From positions 64,001-128,000 of the forward strand of contig JAVLKG010000010.1 of assembly GCA_032128875.1 (NCBI GenBank): 64,000 bases of DNA, written 5' to 3'. A program made the translations under genes and the position numbers. The notes under the pieces are model-generated. The model saw only the letters and a list, made by a program, of their open reading frames with translations, had not been told where the DNA came from and did not search any database. Positions 38,970 to 51,755 of the stretch are shown here, in pieces; the first letter of the stretch is position 1; each line of letters begins with the position of its first letter. The stretch is from Candidatus Melainabacteria bacterium 17Bon1m. GTDB taxonomy: Bacteria; Cyanobacteriota; Vampirovibrionia; Obscuribacterales; Obscuribacteraceae.

Positions 38970-40037
38970 TTACCGGGAGCCGATTGAAGCGAGGTGCTGC
39001 TTGTACAGACGAGCTTTGGAATCGCCTAGATCTTTCTCGCTTTCAACGATCAGCTGTTCCATATACTCGAGAGATGTCTTTCTCAGACGATTGATTTCGC
39101 GACGCTTTTCGAGCATCTTCGGAAGAAGTTTTACAGCATCAAAAGTACCCTTGAGCCAGGGCACGAGCTGACCTCCGCGGACAGTTACTACGGCAAGATA
39201 GTAGAACTGCCAGAAGCAAATGTGCGGCAAGAATTTCCACAATAGCGGCGTGGGAATGTTTTTGACAATAGTATTCCAGTTGTTGCGCGCCGATAAACGA
39301 ACGACCAGTGGACTATAGCCACTGCCTGTGGTGCCGCAACCGAGGTGATAAACAATCGAGGTCGGCACATAAATGCACTTGTAGCCAGCAGCTTGCGCGC
39401 GCAAGCCGAGATCTACGTCTTCGAGATAGGCGAAGTAGTCTTCATCGAAATAGCCGATGTCGGCGAAGAGTTCGCGGCGATAGAGCGCCGCTCCTCCGCA
39501 AGCACCAAGCAAGTAGCGTTTGCGATCGAAGCGCCCGGTATCTCGCTCTTTGTGTCCTATACGTCCAGGCAGTCCGCCGCGTCGATATCCATCGCCAGCC
39601 CCGTCCAACAACGCGTGATCGTCGTAAGCAAGCATTTTGCAGCCGGCACTGCCGGCTTCCGGATGTTCTTTCATCGCTTTCACGAGTTCTAACATCCAGT
39701 TGGGATCAACGACAGTGTCGTTGTTCAGAAGCGCCACCATCTCGCCGGTCGATGCTTTGATGCCTGCATTGACTGCGGGGCTGAAGCCTGTATTGACCGG
39801 AAATGTTACAAGTTTTACGTAAGGGTAATTTTCATGCAGATACTCGACAGACCCATCCTTGGAGCCATTGTCGACAATCACTACCTCAATCGGCTCGTAT
39901 GTCTGCTCCTTGAGAGAATCCAGACATCCGGCGAGGAACTTCTTGCCGTTCCAGTTGGGTATTACGACGCTTATGAGTGGGTTTGCCATTTTGCCAGCCA
40001 AGGGTTTTGGTTCGCGATGAAACAACATATTGTACAT
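38970..40037 (-). CDS. Glycosyltransferase family 2 (WbbL/rhamnosyltransferase-like)
   Basis: VVIPNWNG, VDNGSKDGS, LLNND, FAYLEDVDL. Confidence 0.93.
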   Translation of the reverse strand: MYNMLFHREPKPLAGKMANPLISVVIPNWNGKKFLAGCLDSLKEQTYEPIEVVIVDNGSKDGSVEYLHENYPYVKLVTFPVNTGFSPAVNAGIKASTGEMVALLNNDTVVDPNWMLELVKAMKEHPEAGSAGCKMLAYDDHALLDGAGDGYRRGGLPGRIGHKERDTGRFDRKRYLLGACGGAALYRRELFADIGYFDEDYFAYLEDVDLGLRAQAAGYKCIYVPTSIVYHLGCGTTGSGYSPLVVRLSARNNWNTIVKNIPTPLLWKFLPHICFWQFYYLAVVTVRGGQLVPWLKGTFDAVKLLPKMLEKRREINRLRKTSLEYMEQLIVESEKDLGDSKARLYKQHLASIGSR

Positions 40038-40169
40038 AATCCCTTGAAAGCCACCTCAGACTTACTGGATTAGATATAATTGCGCCTTCGAAGAAAGCTC
40101 TTATCCGGGCTCTGAAAAGAGCCTTAGACTTGAGTAAGTAGCGGTTTTGCAGTTTGGCGGTGAGTCTCT

Positions 40170-41525
40170 GTGAGTGCCTGCAAAAGCATAATTTTTGTCA
40201 CGCTGGAGCCGATCGCCAGACAAATGGCGGGCCCGGCGATTCGAGCCTTTGAACTGGGGCTGACTCTGAGCGATGAAGTAGATGTGACGGTTTTCACGCC
40301 GCACAAAATACCGGATGACGTTGTCCGAGAGCTAAAAGAGAGGCGAAATCTTCCAAAAAACTTTCAGCTCAAGAGCGGTTTGAGCAAATCTGCTCTCTAC
40401 AATCTCGCTGCTCAGCATGATGCTATTTTCATTCAAGCCAACGTGCTGAAGCCGTATCCGGGTCTAGCGGCGTTGGGCAAATATCTGACCGTAGACCTGT
40501 ACGACCCATATCTGTTTTCGATTCTGGTTCAATATCAAAACTCTGATGTGGCTGCCAATGCCAGCTATAGGCTGATGCACAAAGTTTTGGAACAGCACAT
40601 GGTGGCATGCGATTTTTCCGTTTGCGCATCCGAGCGTCAGCGAGATTACTGGATAGGTCGCTACTGCGCGCTCGGAAGAGTCAATCCGGACATGTATTCC
40701 TTTGACCCATCAATGCGCAAACTCATCGATGTAATTCCGTTCGGATTGCAGGAGGGTGAGCCGGTCAGACGAGGCAAAGGAGCCAAGGGAAACATTCCGG
40801 GCATCGGCGAAGACGACAAACTTTTGCTTTGGGGCGGTGGCATCTGGGATTGGTTCGATCCACTCACAGTTATACGCGCGGCCGCACGAGCATCAGAAAC
40901 CATTCCGAATTTGCGATTGTTTTTCATGGGCATGAAATCGCCCAACCCTCAAGTTCCGCTCATGCCCATGGCGCTAAAGGCGAAAGAGCTGGCGAAGGAA
41001 TTGAATGTTCTCGATCGCATCGTCTTTTTCCATGAAGAGTGGACGCCTTATGAAGACCGTGTCAATTACTTGCTCGACGCCGACATCGGTGTCTCGGCGC
41101 ACTTCGATCTTCCGGAGACGCGTTTTTCTTTCCGCACCCGCTTGCTCGACTATTTCTGGGCGAGATTACCGGTGCTCACTACAGGTGGTGATCAGCTCGC
41201 GGAATTAATCGAAGCGAACAAAGCCGGTCGTGCACTGGATTACGGTGATGTAGATGGTTGGGTACGCGCAATCAGCGAGTTATTGGCCGACCCAAAAAGG
41301 GAAGAACAATGTCGCCAGGGAGCCCGAAATCTAGCGGAAAATTATGTCTGGTCGAAAGCAGCAATGCCATTGCGCCAATTCTTGAAAAACCCGCATCACC
41401 TGCCGGAGTACAAGAAGGTGACCATGCCTTCATTCGTCGAGCGTGCGCAGGCTGTGTACGCAAGAGGCGGCAAAGACCTGGTGGTCAAACGGTCAAAACA
41501 GATTATTGAGGATTGGATGAAATAA
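40170..41525 (+). CDS. Glycosyltransferase family 4-like
   Basis: MAGPAIRAFEL, DLYDP, WGGGIWDWFDP, FSFRTRLLDY. Confidence 0.85.
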   Translation: MSACKSIIFVTLEPIARQMAGPAIRAFELGLTLSDEVDVTVFTPHKIPDDVVRELKERRNLPKNFQLKSGLSKSALYNLAAQHDAIFIQANVLKPYPGLAALGKYLTVDLYDPYLFSILVQYQNSDVAANASYRLMHKVLEQHMVACDFSVCASERQRDYWIGRYCALGRVNPDMYSFDPSMRKLIDVIPFGLQEGEPVRRGKGAKGNIPGIGEDDKLLLWGGGIWDWFDPLTVIRAAARASETIPNLRLFFMGMKSPNPQVPLMPMALKAKELAKELNVLDRIVFFHEEWTPYEDRVNYLLDADIGVSAHFDLPETRFSFRTRLLDYFWARLPVLTTGGDQLAELIEANKAGRALDYGDVDGWVRAISELLADPKREEQCRQGARNLAENYVWSKAAMPLRQFLKNPHHLPEYKKVTMPSFVERAQAVYARGGKDLVVKRSKQIIEDWMK

Positions 41526-41528
41526 GCT

Positions 41529-42482
41529 ATGGTTCTGATTCCTCTCGAAAATCGCTTGAGTCGATTGCAAGGTATCCGCGAAGCCCCAGAAACGGCGCCG
41601 CCCCACTTGCGCGAACAACCATGGCTGGAGCTAGAACAGAAAGCCGCGCTCGGCATCTATGAAGATGTAGAGAAAGTGCTGAAAAAACTGGCAAAGGCAA
41701 AGCTGGGCAAAGAGCCGGCGCCAAAACTAGTGCATGAAACTCGCGTGGTATTGAGGCGTTGGGAATCTATCTGGGGAGTTCTGGAGCGCGACGGCTGGAG
41801 CGACAAGAAATTCTGGAAGAAAACCGGCAGCAAGCTGAGGAAGCTGCACAAAATGCTGGGCAACGCGCGCGATTGGGACGTCAACCTTGAATTCGCGGAA
41901 GAGTACGAACTGCCTGAATCCGTGCGCAAAGTGTTTAAGAAAGAACGCGCCAAAGCCGGAAAGAAAGTAGCGAAGAGCCTGGAAAAGATTGAAGTAAAGA
42001 AGATGGCGAAAAGCCTTCTTAAGTTTTTGCTGAAGCGCCCGCAAGAAATAGCTGTTCGCCATGCCGGTTCGTCAAAGCTTTTTCAATCGGCATACAGCCA
42101 CTTAGAGCCGCTACTTGCCGAGCAAGAAGATACGGCACGCGCCCTTGAGGCACACGCTCATACACCTTCAGAACTGCACGAACTGCGGCTGGTCGTTAAA
42201 GCCTGGCGTTATTTGCTTGCAGACTTTTTCGGTCTGACCAATCTAGAGCTTGTAAAAGCGCAGCAGTTGTTGGGAAAACTGAATGATCTAGAACGATTGA
42301 GCCAGCTTGTCGGTGCAATCGCCGCTCAGGATGCGGGCGCAACCCGGGCGATGATAAAACTGCAGGAGCAAAAGCTAAAGCTGCTGTCCGATTTCGATAC
42401 TTTGCGTGTAAATTTGCCTTTTGGGCTGAGACCGAGTGTCACCAGCGTAACCAACCTCAGTGTCGATGCGGTTGACGATTAA
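41529..42482 (+). CDS. Stand-alone CHAD domain protein (polyphosphate binding)
   Basis: VHETRVVLRR, LGNARDWDV, LHELRLVVKAWRY, QQLLGKLND. Confidence 0.85.
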   Translation: MVLIPLENRLSRLQGIREAPETAPPHLREQPWLELEQKAALGIYEDVEKVLKKLAKAKLGKEPAPKLVHETRVVLRRWESIWGVLERDGWSDKKFWKKTGSKLRKLHKMLGNARDWDVNLEFAEEYELPESVRKVFKKERAKAGKKVAKSLEKIEVKKMAKSLLKFLLKRPQEIAVRHAGSSKLFQSAYSHLEPLLAEQEDTARALEAHAHTPSELHELRLVVKAWRYLLADFFGLTNLELVKAQQLLGKLNDLERLSQLVGAIAAQDAGATRAMIKLQEQKLKLLSDFDTLRVNLPFGLRPSVTSVTNLSVDAVDD

Positions 42483-42674
42483 ATTGCGCCCCTCCTTTGC
42501 AACCAAGTTTTGAACAGTGGGTTAGAAACCCGCGTTAGATAATGCGCTTCGCGTTTGATAGCTACGCATTCTTCCGAGGGAGGGGGGATGCCAATTGATA
42601 AGTTATCGTGAATCATCTGTATATAAGCCGTTTGCGGTCCTACAATTTAAGGACGAGTCCGGGGTATAGAGCCG

Positions 42675-43688
42675 ATGCCAATCAGAAAGAAAGTCACAAT
42701 CCTTGGGTCTGGAGCTGCCGGTTTAACCGCAGCTATTTACGCAGCCAGAGCCAACCTTGAGCCGCTGGTCATCCAGGGGCTGCAAACCGGCGGTCAATTG
42801 ACCATTACCACGGATGTTGAAAATTTCCCGGGTTTCCCTAATGGCATTCAGGGTCCTGAGCTCATGGAGCAAATGATTGCTCAAGCCGAGCGATTCGGAA
42901 CCCAATACATCTACGACAATGCCGAATCAATCGACCTCTCGAAGCGTCCATTCACCATCAAGACGTCGAGCGAGGAAATTCTCACCGACGTTCTAATCAT
43001 CTGCACCGGCGCTTCAGCGAAATTGTTGGGCTTGGAAGCAGAACACAAACTTATGGGTCACGGAGTATCTGCCTGTGCCACGTGCGACGGCTTTTTCTTC
43101 AAAGAGAAGAAAGTATTCGTAGTCGGCGGTGGCGACACAGCGCTTGAAGAAGCGATGTTCTTGACCAGATTCGCCACATCAGTGACAGTCATCCACCGTC
43201 GCGAAGCCTTCAGAGCATCAGCGATCATGATTGAGCGCTGCAAGCGCAACGCCAAGGTTGACTATCTGCTCAACTCCGTTTTGGAAGACATCAACGACGT
43301 TTCTAAAGGCGAAGTCACAAGCGTCAAAGTGCGCAATATCAAAACCAATGAAGTGCAAGAGCTGCCGGCCGACGGTGTTTTCATCGCAATCGGACACCAG
43401 CCCAACACTGATTTGTTCAAAGGACATTTGCCGCTCGACGAAAATGGCTACATTAAGTCCAACGGCGTCTTCACCGATATCAAGGGCGTTTTCGCCGCCG
43501 GTGACGTAATGGATTCAGTCTACAGACAAGCAGTTACCGCTGCAGGAACCGGCTGCCAAGCCGCCCTCGAAGCGCAATGGCTCCTTGAAAAAGAAGAGGC
43601 TGAAGGCGAGATGGGAAAGCCTGAAGAGGCGAAAGCCGGAGCCGGAGCTGTTCGCGAACCTGCTAAAGCCGATAGCCTGAGATCGTAA
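42675..43688 (+). CDS. trxB: Thioredoxin-disulfide reductase
   Basis: GSGAAG, GGQL, VENFPG, SACATCDG, GGGDTALEEA, FAAGDV, YRQAVTAAGTG. Confidence 0.97.
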   Translation: MPIRKKVTILGSGAAGLTAAIYAARANLEPLVIQGLQTGGQLTITTDVENFPGFPNGIQGPELMEQMIAQAERFGTQYIYDNAESIDLSKRPFTIKTSSEEILTDVLIICTGASAKLLGLEAEHKLMGHGVSACATCDGFFFKEKKVFVVGGGDTALEEAMFLTRFATSVTVIHRREAFRASAIMIERCKRNAKVDYLLNSVLEDINDVSKGEVTSVKVRNIKTNEVQELPADGVFIAIGHQPNTDLFKGHLPLDENGYIKSNGVFTDIKGVFAAGDVMDSVYRQAVTAAGTGCQAALEAQWLLEKEEAEGEMGKPEEAKAGAGAVREPAKADSLRS

Positions 43689-44437
43689 TGGTTGAAATAC
43701 AGTACAGTGCAGCGCGTCTGAAAGCCGGGCGCGTCGGATGTTCAGTGCCAAAAGAAAAAATGGCGCAGATGGCGCGTGAGATCGCGGCGAAGCATCCGTG
43801 CGCAAGTCATCCGCTTTTCGAATATCTCGATCGCACAAAGTTGAACCACGAGCAAATCCGTGGATTTCTAGCTAATTACGATGCACACGCATCATTATTG
43901 CGCCGCCTTTTATTGAAGGCCGCCACTATCATGCCGGAAGAAGCGGTCGGCTACATCTTGGAAAACGTGCGCAACGAATACGGCAATGGCAATCCAGACC
44001 ATCGCCATCAACTGCAACTGTTTGATTTGTCCATCCGCGCCGGAGTGAGCGTTGAAGAATTGGAAAAAACACCAATTCAGCCCAGCGTGCAGAAATATAT
44101 GGAACTGGTTCCACAGTACTATTTTCCGCAAATAAGTGAATCGGATACAGGATCGATTGCTGCGGCGATTTCCGCAGGCGCGATAACTGCGACCGAAATT
44201 CTGGCCATCGAAGAATTTCGCCACATGCAGAATAGCTTTGTTCACCACGGGCTAGAACACCATATATGGTTCGACCACGTAACTGTGGAAGTCGAGCACT
44301 CTGACGAGTCAGTCGCACTGGCGGTGTTTTTCTCCGACACAGAAGACGGGGTTGAGTCGGTTTTGGTTGGGCTGAATTCTGTTCTCGATGCCAACATGCA
44401 TCTGTACGACGGTCTTTTAGCCGCCGCCGGTGGCTAA
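43688..44437 (+). CDS. Heme-oxygenase-like diiron enzyme (PqqC/CADD/TenA superfamily)
   Basis: HPLF, ENVRNEYG...H, ATE, WFDHVTVEVEHS metal-ligand pattern; TAATG coupling to trxB. Confidence 0.8.
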   Translation: MVEIQYSAARLKAGRVGCSVPKEKMAQMAREIAAKHPCASHPLFEYLDRTKLNHEQIRGFLANYDAHASLLRRLLLKAATIMPEEAVGYILENVRNEYGNGNPDHRHQLQLFDLSIRAGVSVEELEKTPIQPSVQKYMELVPQYYFPQISESDTGSIAAAISAGAITATEILAIEEFRHMQNSFVHHGLEHHIWFDHVTVEVEHSDESVALAVFFSDTEDGVESVLVGLNSVLDANMHLYDGLLAAAGG

Positions 44438-44497
44438 AGCTCGTGGACTCAGGCAATTTTCGAAGTAAGACCACAAATGCTCTAACTTGCGGACGGT

Positions 44498-45244
44498 CTA
44501 GTCGAGTTCGGTGTCGTGCTTGCCTGCCAAAGTCGGCTGAGGAAGCGGAGCCGCGGCTCGTAACTCTGCTTCGAGAAGTCTTTCTGCCGATGCCTTCACG
44601 CGCTCTAGTCTTTTTGCGATGCGCCCTTTGAGCACATGATTGATGATGTGTTCTGAGAAAGGCAAACCTGTATTGAGCACCGAATGCAGTTCTAACTTTG
44701 TGCGACCATTGGATAGATCAGTCAAAATCCAACTACCGCGAAGGTCTTTGAACTTGTCCGAACTAACCATTTTGTAGTCGATACGCTGATTGACCGTTTC
44801 GGTCTGTTCCATCAAACAGACGGCTTCGCCGATGACAGGCATGCCTTTGAACTTTTGCTCGAGCATGATTTTGTCACCCTGTTTTTCAACTACTTTGCTG
44901 TAGGTGAGGTCGGGATCTTCAGCTCTTTCTTTGTGCACGGCATCCCACACAATGCGGGCGGGAGCCTTGATTTCGATGTGTCCACGCGCGCCTTCTTTGT
45001 CAGCACTTTTTGCTGTTGCAGCCGGAGCAAAAGCAAGCAGTGCGATGAAAGCAATTGCAGTTGTGAAAAGTACCATGGGGTGCGGAACCTGGAGACGACA
45101 CTGGGAACGACTTAAGCTGGCTTGGAATCCGGTGAGTGCGAAGAACGAAAAACAGCCCAAACGCAAGACATAACCGATTGAAAGGAATCGGCTGGGCAGG
45201 AAGGATATAAACAGGCACACTCGATACCATGTACCTAATTTCAT
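44498..45244 (-). CDS. Exported SRPBCC/polyketide cyclase-like protein
   Basis: IEIKAPARIVWD, FKDLRGSWIL, TKLEL; signal peptide after M at 45076, so the real start may be there. Confidence 0.75.
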   Translation of the reverse strand: MKLGTWYRVCLFISFLPSRFLSIGYVLRLGCFSFFALTGFQASLSRSQCRLQVPHPMVLFTTAIAFIALLAFAPAATAKSADKEGARGHIEIKAPARIVWDAVHKERAEDPDLTYSKVVEKQGDKIMLEQKFKGMPVIGEAVCLMEQTETVNQRIDYKMVSSDKFKDLRGSWILTDLSNGRTKLELHSVLNTGLPFSEHIINHVLKGRIAKRLERVKASAERLLEAELRAAAPLPQPTLAGKHDTELD

Positions 45245-45606
45245 TCTAGCGGCTAAAGCGTTTTTGTGTGGGGTTTCGGGGGGATCTCCCCATATTTCAT
45301 TCGCTCAAAAGCTGATGCATACTACTTCTCACTCGAAAGGTTCGGGAAGGTCCCACGAAAGGTTTCCGGCAAACAGCTCAGGCAGAGCATTTTGCATCGT
45401 TAAAGCCTGGCAGAACTGAGCCTAACTATTTGAGTGAAGCGCTACCCTTAACTGAACGATTGACGATTGAAGCTCTGGCAATGAGTGATTCTCACGTCAC
45501 AAAGCTAACTATATTTCATTGATATAAGTTTTCATGGTGGTCCAGGTATAGCAAGCCAGGAATACAATTTCAGTACTCATGAAGGGTTCCAACCGGAGAG
45601 AGAACA

Positions 45607-45723
45607 ATGTCTGTATTGACCAGCCTGGTTGTGGTTGTCGTCGCCACCTACATAACGACCTGGTTCAATGACAAAGTTAGCCGCGCCGATTATCTGGCAG
45701 ACGATTCGATTGAGCCGTCCTGA
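45607..45723 (+). CDS. Small single-TM protein (38 aa)
   Basis: GGAGAG RBS; MSVLTSLVVVVVATYITTWFNDKVSRADYLADDSIEPS; below the track length cut-off. Confidence 0.5.
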   Translation: MSVLTSLVVVVVATYITTWFNDKVSRADYLADDSIEPS

Positions 45724-45750
45724 GCTCGCTGAATCGGCTGTTTCAAATTC

Positions 45751-46967
45751 GTGCAAACAACTAACGACACTAAACCAAGCGGTGCCAGTCCCATTGACCC
45801 GGCAGGCTTGCGCGTCTGCATGGTCTCAAGGTTGTTTTCACCGGCAGGTGGGCTAGAGCTTTATTGCCATAAAGTCGTAGAAGGGCTGCTTGAACGCGGC
45901 GCGCACGTGACTGTTGTTTGCGAACAGAATCAGTCAAAACTGACTCATCCGAATTTGAAATTTCACACGTTTACTGCGCCTGCAAAAAAACTCTCGAAGG
46001 CCGAGCGGCTAAAGCGGTATTTGGAACTCACTTCTAATGCAGTGAAAGAGGCTGGACCGTTCGATATCGTTCACTCACAGCACCATCCGGTCAATCCGGT
46101 CGATGTGGCTACGTTCCATAACCATACAGTTTTCCGTCTTTCGCAGGTAGGTAAAACTTGGGAGCGCTTGCTCAACAACGCAAAGGTGGCATTCACTGGT
46201 GCCTATCAAGCAAGAAACGAGGTGGACAGACATTTGTCGACCACAGCAAAATGCTTGAACTTCACTTCCAAAACTACCAGAGACGATTTCTACAAAACCT
46301 TTGCTCTGGGCTCAAAGCCAGCGGTTATCTCTTATCCTGGCGCAACGCTGGCAACGCATTCGGATGCGAAAGCAGAGACACATACGGATAGAAACGCAGA
46401 TGCTGACCAGACACGTAAAGACGGCGATGTTTTCACTGTGCTTTTCGTCGGCAAAGGGTTTCGCAAGAAGGGTCTCGACATACTTCTAGAGGCAATGAAA
46501 ACGCTCAAATCCCGAGGCAAGAGCTGTCGCTTATTGATTGCAGGTCTTTCGAAAAAACCTGCAGATGCGTTCCGCCTGTCTAGATTGGGGTTAGACAAAG
46601 AAGTCGAATATCTTGGCTTTCGTCACGACATGGAAAACGTCTATCGCCAGGCGGATGCGATTGTATTACCGTCTCGAATAGAACCCTTCGGAATGTCACC
46701 CATCCAAGGGATGCTGCGAGGACTTGTGCCAATCGTGAGCGCTGTGTCCGGTGTTTCGGAGATTTTGACCGACAACCATGATGCTCTCATCTTGAAAAAT
46801 CACCTTGATCCAGAGGAACTAGCCGGGCTGATTGCCCGCCTTATGAACGATCGTGAACTGACTACTCGCCTATCTTCAGCGGCAATGACAACCGCTAAGG
46901 AAATCACATGGGAAAAGGCAGTAGAATCCACGCTTGTAGCATATGGACAGGCAATAGGAGAGCGAAA

Positions 46968-46971
<4 letters not shown>
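45751..46971 (+). CDS. Glycosyltransferase family 4 (WaaG-like)
   Basis: [27 protein letters not shown]. Confidence 0.92.
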
Positions 46972-49286
<2,315 letters not shown>

Positions 49287-49438
49287 TCGGGGCGTTAGAT
49301 TCCAGCCCTCACACGCTTGACAATTCGACCGGTAGTCTAAAGAAAGTTTACGAGGGTAAAGCCGTAAAATCCCCGACTGACGGGGTTTAGAGGTTTTTAT
49401 CCCTCAGTCTAGGAACCTTTGTAACTCTTGCCGGTCTG

Positions 49439-51664
49439 ATGGTGGGTAAGTCTTTCTTGATGGACCCGATGAAGAGTGACCCAATAACCTTTGAGAAGGA
49501 AGACGAGTACGTCGTCGACTCGCGACCGCTTTGTCAGGGAATGCCTTTCGTCCTCACGGACGCAGCGCATCCGCGACTGATTTTGAAGCACGGAAGTCAC
49601 TTCATGGTGCTCGATCAAGAAGCACGAATCCCCGCTTGCAACACGCTGGGCTTCGGCTACTACAATTACGACACACGCTATTTGAGCGAGTGGAATTTCA
49701 CTGTTGACGGTGCCGAATTATCGCTGTTGTCGGCGGACGTGAAGCGCGGCTATGCCGGGAGTTTTCTGTACACAAACCCGCAGACCAACAGCCTCTCGCA
49801 GCAGAACCTCATGGTTCAGCGTCAAATCGTTTTATCCGATGTAGTCTCCGAGCGAATTGTTATTGAGAATTACAGTGCAAACGAGATTACGGTCGAATTT
49901 TGCATGAAGTATCAATCCGATTTCGCAGACATGTTCGAGGTTCGCGGAGTCAACCGTCAAGAGCGCGGAAAGCGCATGTTGCCTCGTAAGGACAAGGAAG
50001 GCAAGCGCCTTTTCCTGGCATATCGTGGACTCGATGACCGTTTACTCGAGACAATGATCGAATTTCGCGGCAGCGCACCCGACACTATCGTCGACGGTGA
50101 GGCGCGCTACAACTTGACCTTGCCACCACGGACACCGTGGTATCTGCAGATCTTCATGTACACAAGAATAGACGGTGAAGAACAATTCGCCGAGCGTCCT
50201 GAAATGGATTTTGCAAACTTGTTGGACGATGCGGACAAACGGTTTTCGCTATGGAGATCAAATGGCGCACAAATCATGACCGAAGACGAGATTGTGAACT
50301 TCGCAGTCGAAAGAGGTTTGCGAGACATCTACATATTGCGTCAACCAACTCCCAGGGGCATCGGCATTGCCGCGGGAATTCCCTGGTACTCGGCGCCTTT
50401 CGGTAGGGACAGCGCAATCACCGGCTGGCAAATGTTGCCTTACCGACCAGACCTTGCGCGCGAATGCATCGAATTGCTCGGCGCGTATCAGGGCACCAAA
50501 GTTGATGAATTTCGCGCCGAACGTCCGGGCAAAATTATGCACGAACTGCGCTTGGGTGAAATGGCTAGATTAGGCTCGATTCCGCATACTCCATATTACG
50601 GTACCGTGGATGCAACAGCGCTATGGTGCATGTTGGTGGCTCGCTATTTCCGATGGACAGGAGACTTGGCTTTTGCCACGGAGATATGGCCGAAGCTGGA
50701 GTTGGCTCTCAGTTGGCTCGACAGTGCCAGCGAGAAAACCGGCTACATATCATATATTCGTGAGAGTGCAGAAGGACTGGAAAACCAGGGCTGGAAAGAC
50801 TCCGGTAATTCAATTGGACACGAAAACGCAGAACTCGCCAAGCCTCCAATTTCTCTATGCGAGGTGCAAGGCTACTTGTATGCAGCGCGCCTGGCTATTG
50901 CCGAAATTGCATCCATACTCAAGAAAGACGAACTGGCAGAACGTTTGCATGCACAAGCGGCAAAGTTGAAGCGCGATTTCAAACGTGATTTTTGGATGCC
51001 AGAACACGAGTTTCCCGCTCTTGCATTAGATGGTGAAGGGAAGCAAGTGAAAGTGTTTAGCTCAAATGCTGGTCATTGTATTTGGTCGGGAATCTTAGAT
51101 GGCGAAATGGCACAGCGTGTTGCAGACCGCATGCTGGCACCTGATATGGACTCCGGCTGGGGTCTGCGAACTCTGTCGACGCAGGCGTCATACTACAATC
51201 CGATGAGCTACCACAACGGCTCTGTTTGGCCGCACGACAACGCGATCATACTCGAAGGTTTTCGAAGAATCGGGCGCATTCGTGACGCGCACTACCTTCT
51301 CAGCGCGATGGCCGCAGTCGCACAGCACCAACGAGATTTCCGCTTGCCTGAATTAGTTTGCGGATTCGAACGCACCAATTGGGGCAGCCCAATCGACTAC
51401 CCTGTGTCTTGCTCGCCGCAAGCATGGGCAGCCGGCAGCATTTTCCAGATGCTAAGCTCTTGTGTCAATTTCGTGCCGGATGCGCATAGAAAAACTCTGC
51501 GGATCGAGGAGCCTTGCCTGCCGGAATGGTTGGAAAGGGTGACCTTCCACAATCTCAAAGTCGGCAATGCCGAACTTGATATCGCATTTAGTGCACTAAA
51601 TGGACACACAAGCTGTCAGATTCTGAGAAAAAACGGCGACTTGAAAGTAATCATTGAAAACTGA
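49439..51664 (+). CDS. Amylo-alpha-1,6-glucosidase / glycogen-debranching-like glycoside hydrolase
   Basis: AAGIPWY..FGRDS, PGKIMHELR, YYGTVDAT, NQGWKDS, YHNGSVWPHDN, RLPEL, PQAWAA. Confidence 0.92.
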   Translation: MVGKSFLMDPMKSDPITFEKEDEYVVDSRPLCQGMPFVLTDAAHPRLILKHGSHFMVLDQEARIPACNTLGFGYYNYDTRYLSEWNFTVDGAELSLLSADVKRGYAGSFLYTNPQTNSLSQQNLMVQRQIVLSDVVSERIVIENYSANEITVEFCMKYQSDFADMFEVRGVNRQERGKRMLPRKDKEGKRLFLAYRGLDDRLLETMIEFRGSAPDTIVDGEARYNLTLPPRTPWYLQIFMYTRIDGEEQFAERPEMDFANLLDDADKRFSLWRSNGAQIMTEDEIVNFAVERGLRDIYILRQPTPRGIGIAAGIPWYSAPFGRDSAITGWQMLPYRPDLARECIELLGAYQGTKVDEFRAERPGKIMHELRLGEMARLGSIPHTPYYGTVDATALWCMLVARYFRWTGDLAFATEIWPKLELALSWLDSASEKTGYISYIRESAEGLENQGWKDSGNSIGHENAELAKPPISLCEVQGYLYAARLAIAEIASILKKDELAERLHAQAAKLKRDFKRDFWMPEHEFPALALDGEGKQVKVFSSNAGHCIWSGILDGEMAQRVADRMLAPDMDSGWGLRTLSTQASYYNPMSYHNGSVWPHDNAIILEGFRRIGRIRDAHYLLSAMAAVAQHQRDFRLPELVCGFERTNWGSPIDYPVSCSPQAWAAGSIFQMLSSCVNFVPDAHRKTLRIEEPCLPEWLERVTFHNLKVGNAELDIAFSALNGHTSCQILRKNGDLKVIIEN

Positions 51665-51755
51665 ATCACGATCGTGATTCTGACTATGAAACTCAAAATA
51701 TCAATTTCACAAAACTAGAAACGGAAGCCACTAGATAGAAGAGGTGCTTTAAATC

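Noticed and set aside
49367-49388. Hairpin AAATCCCCG-ACTGA-CGGGGTTT before the glucosidase gene
   Set aside because: Single hairpin with a short T run; cannot distinguish a weak terminator from chance.
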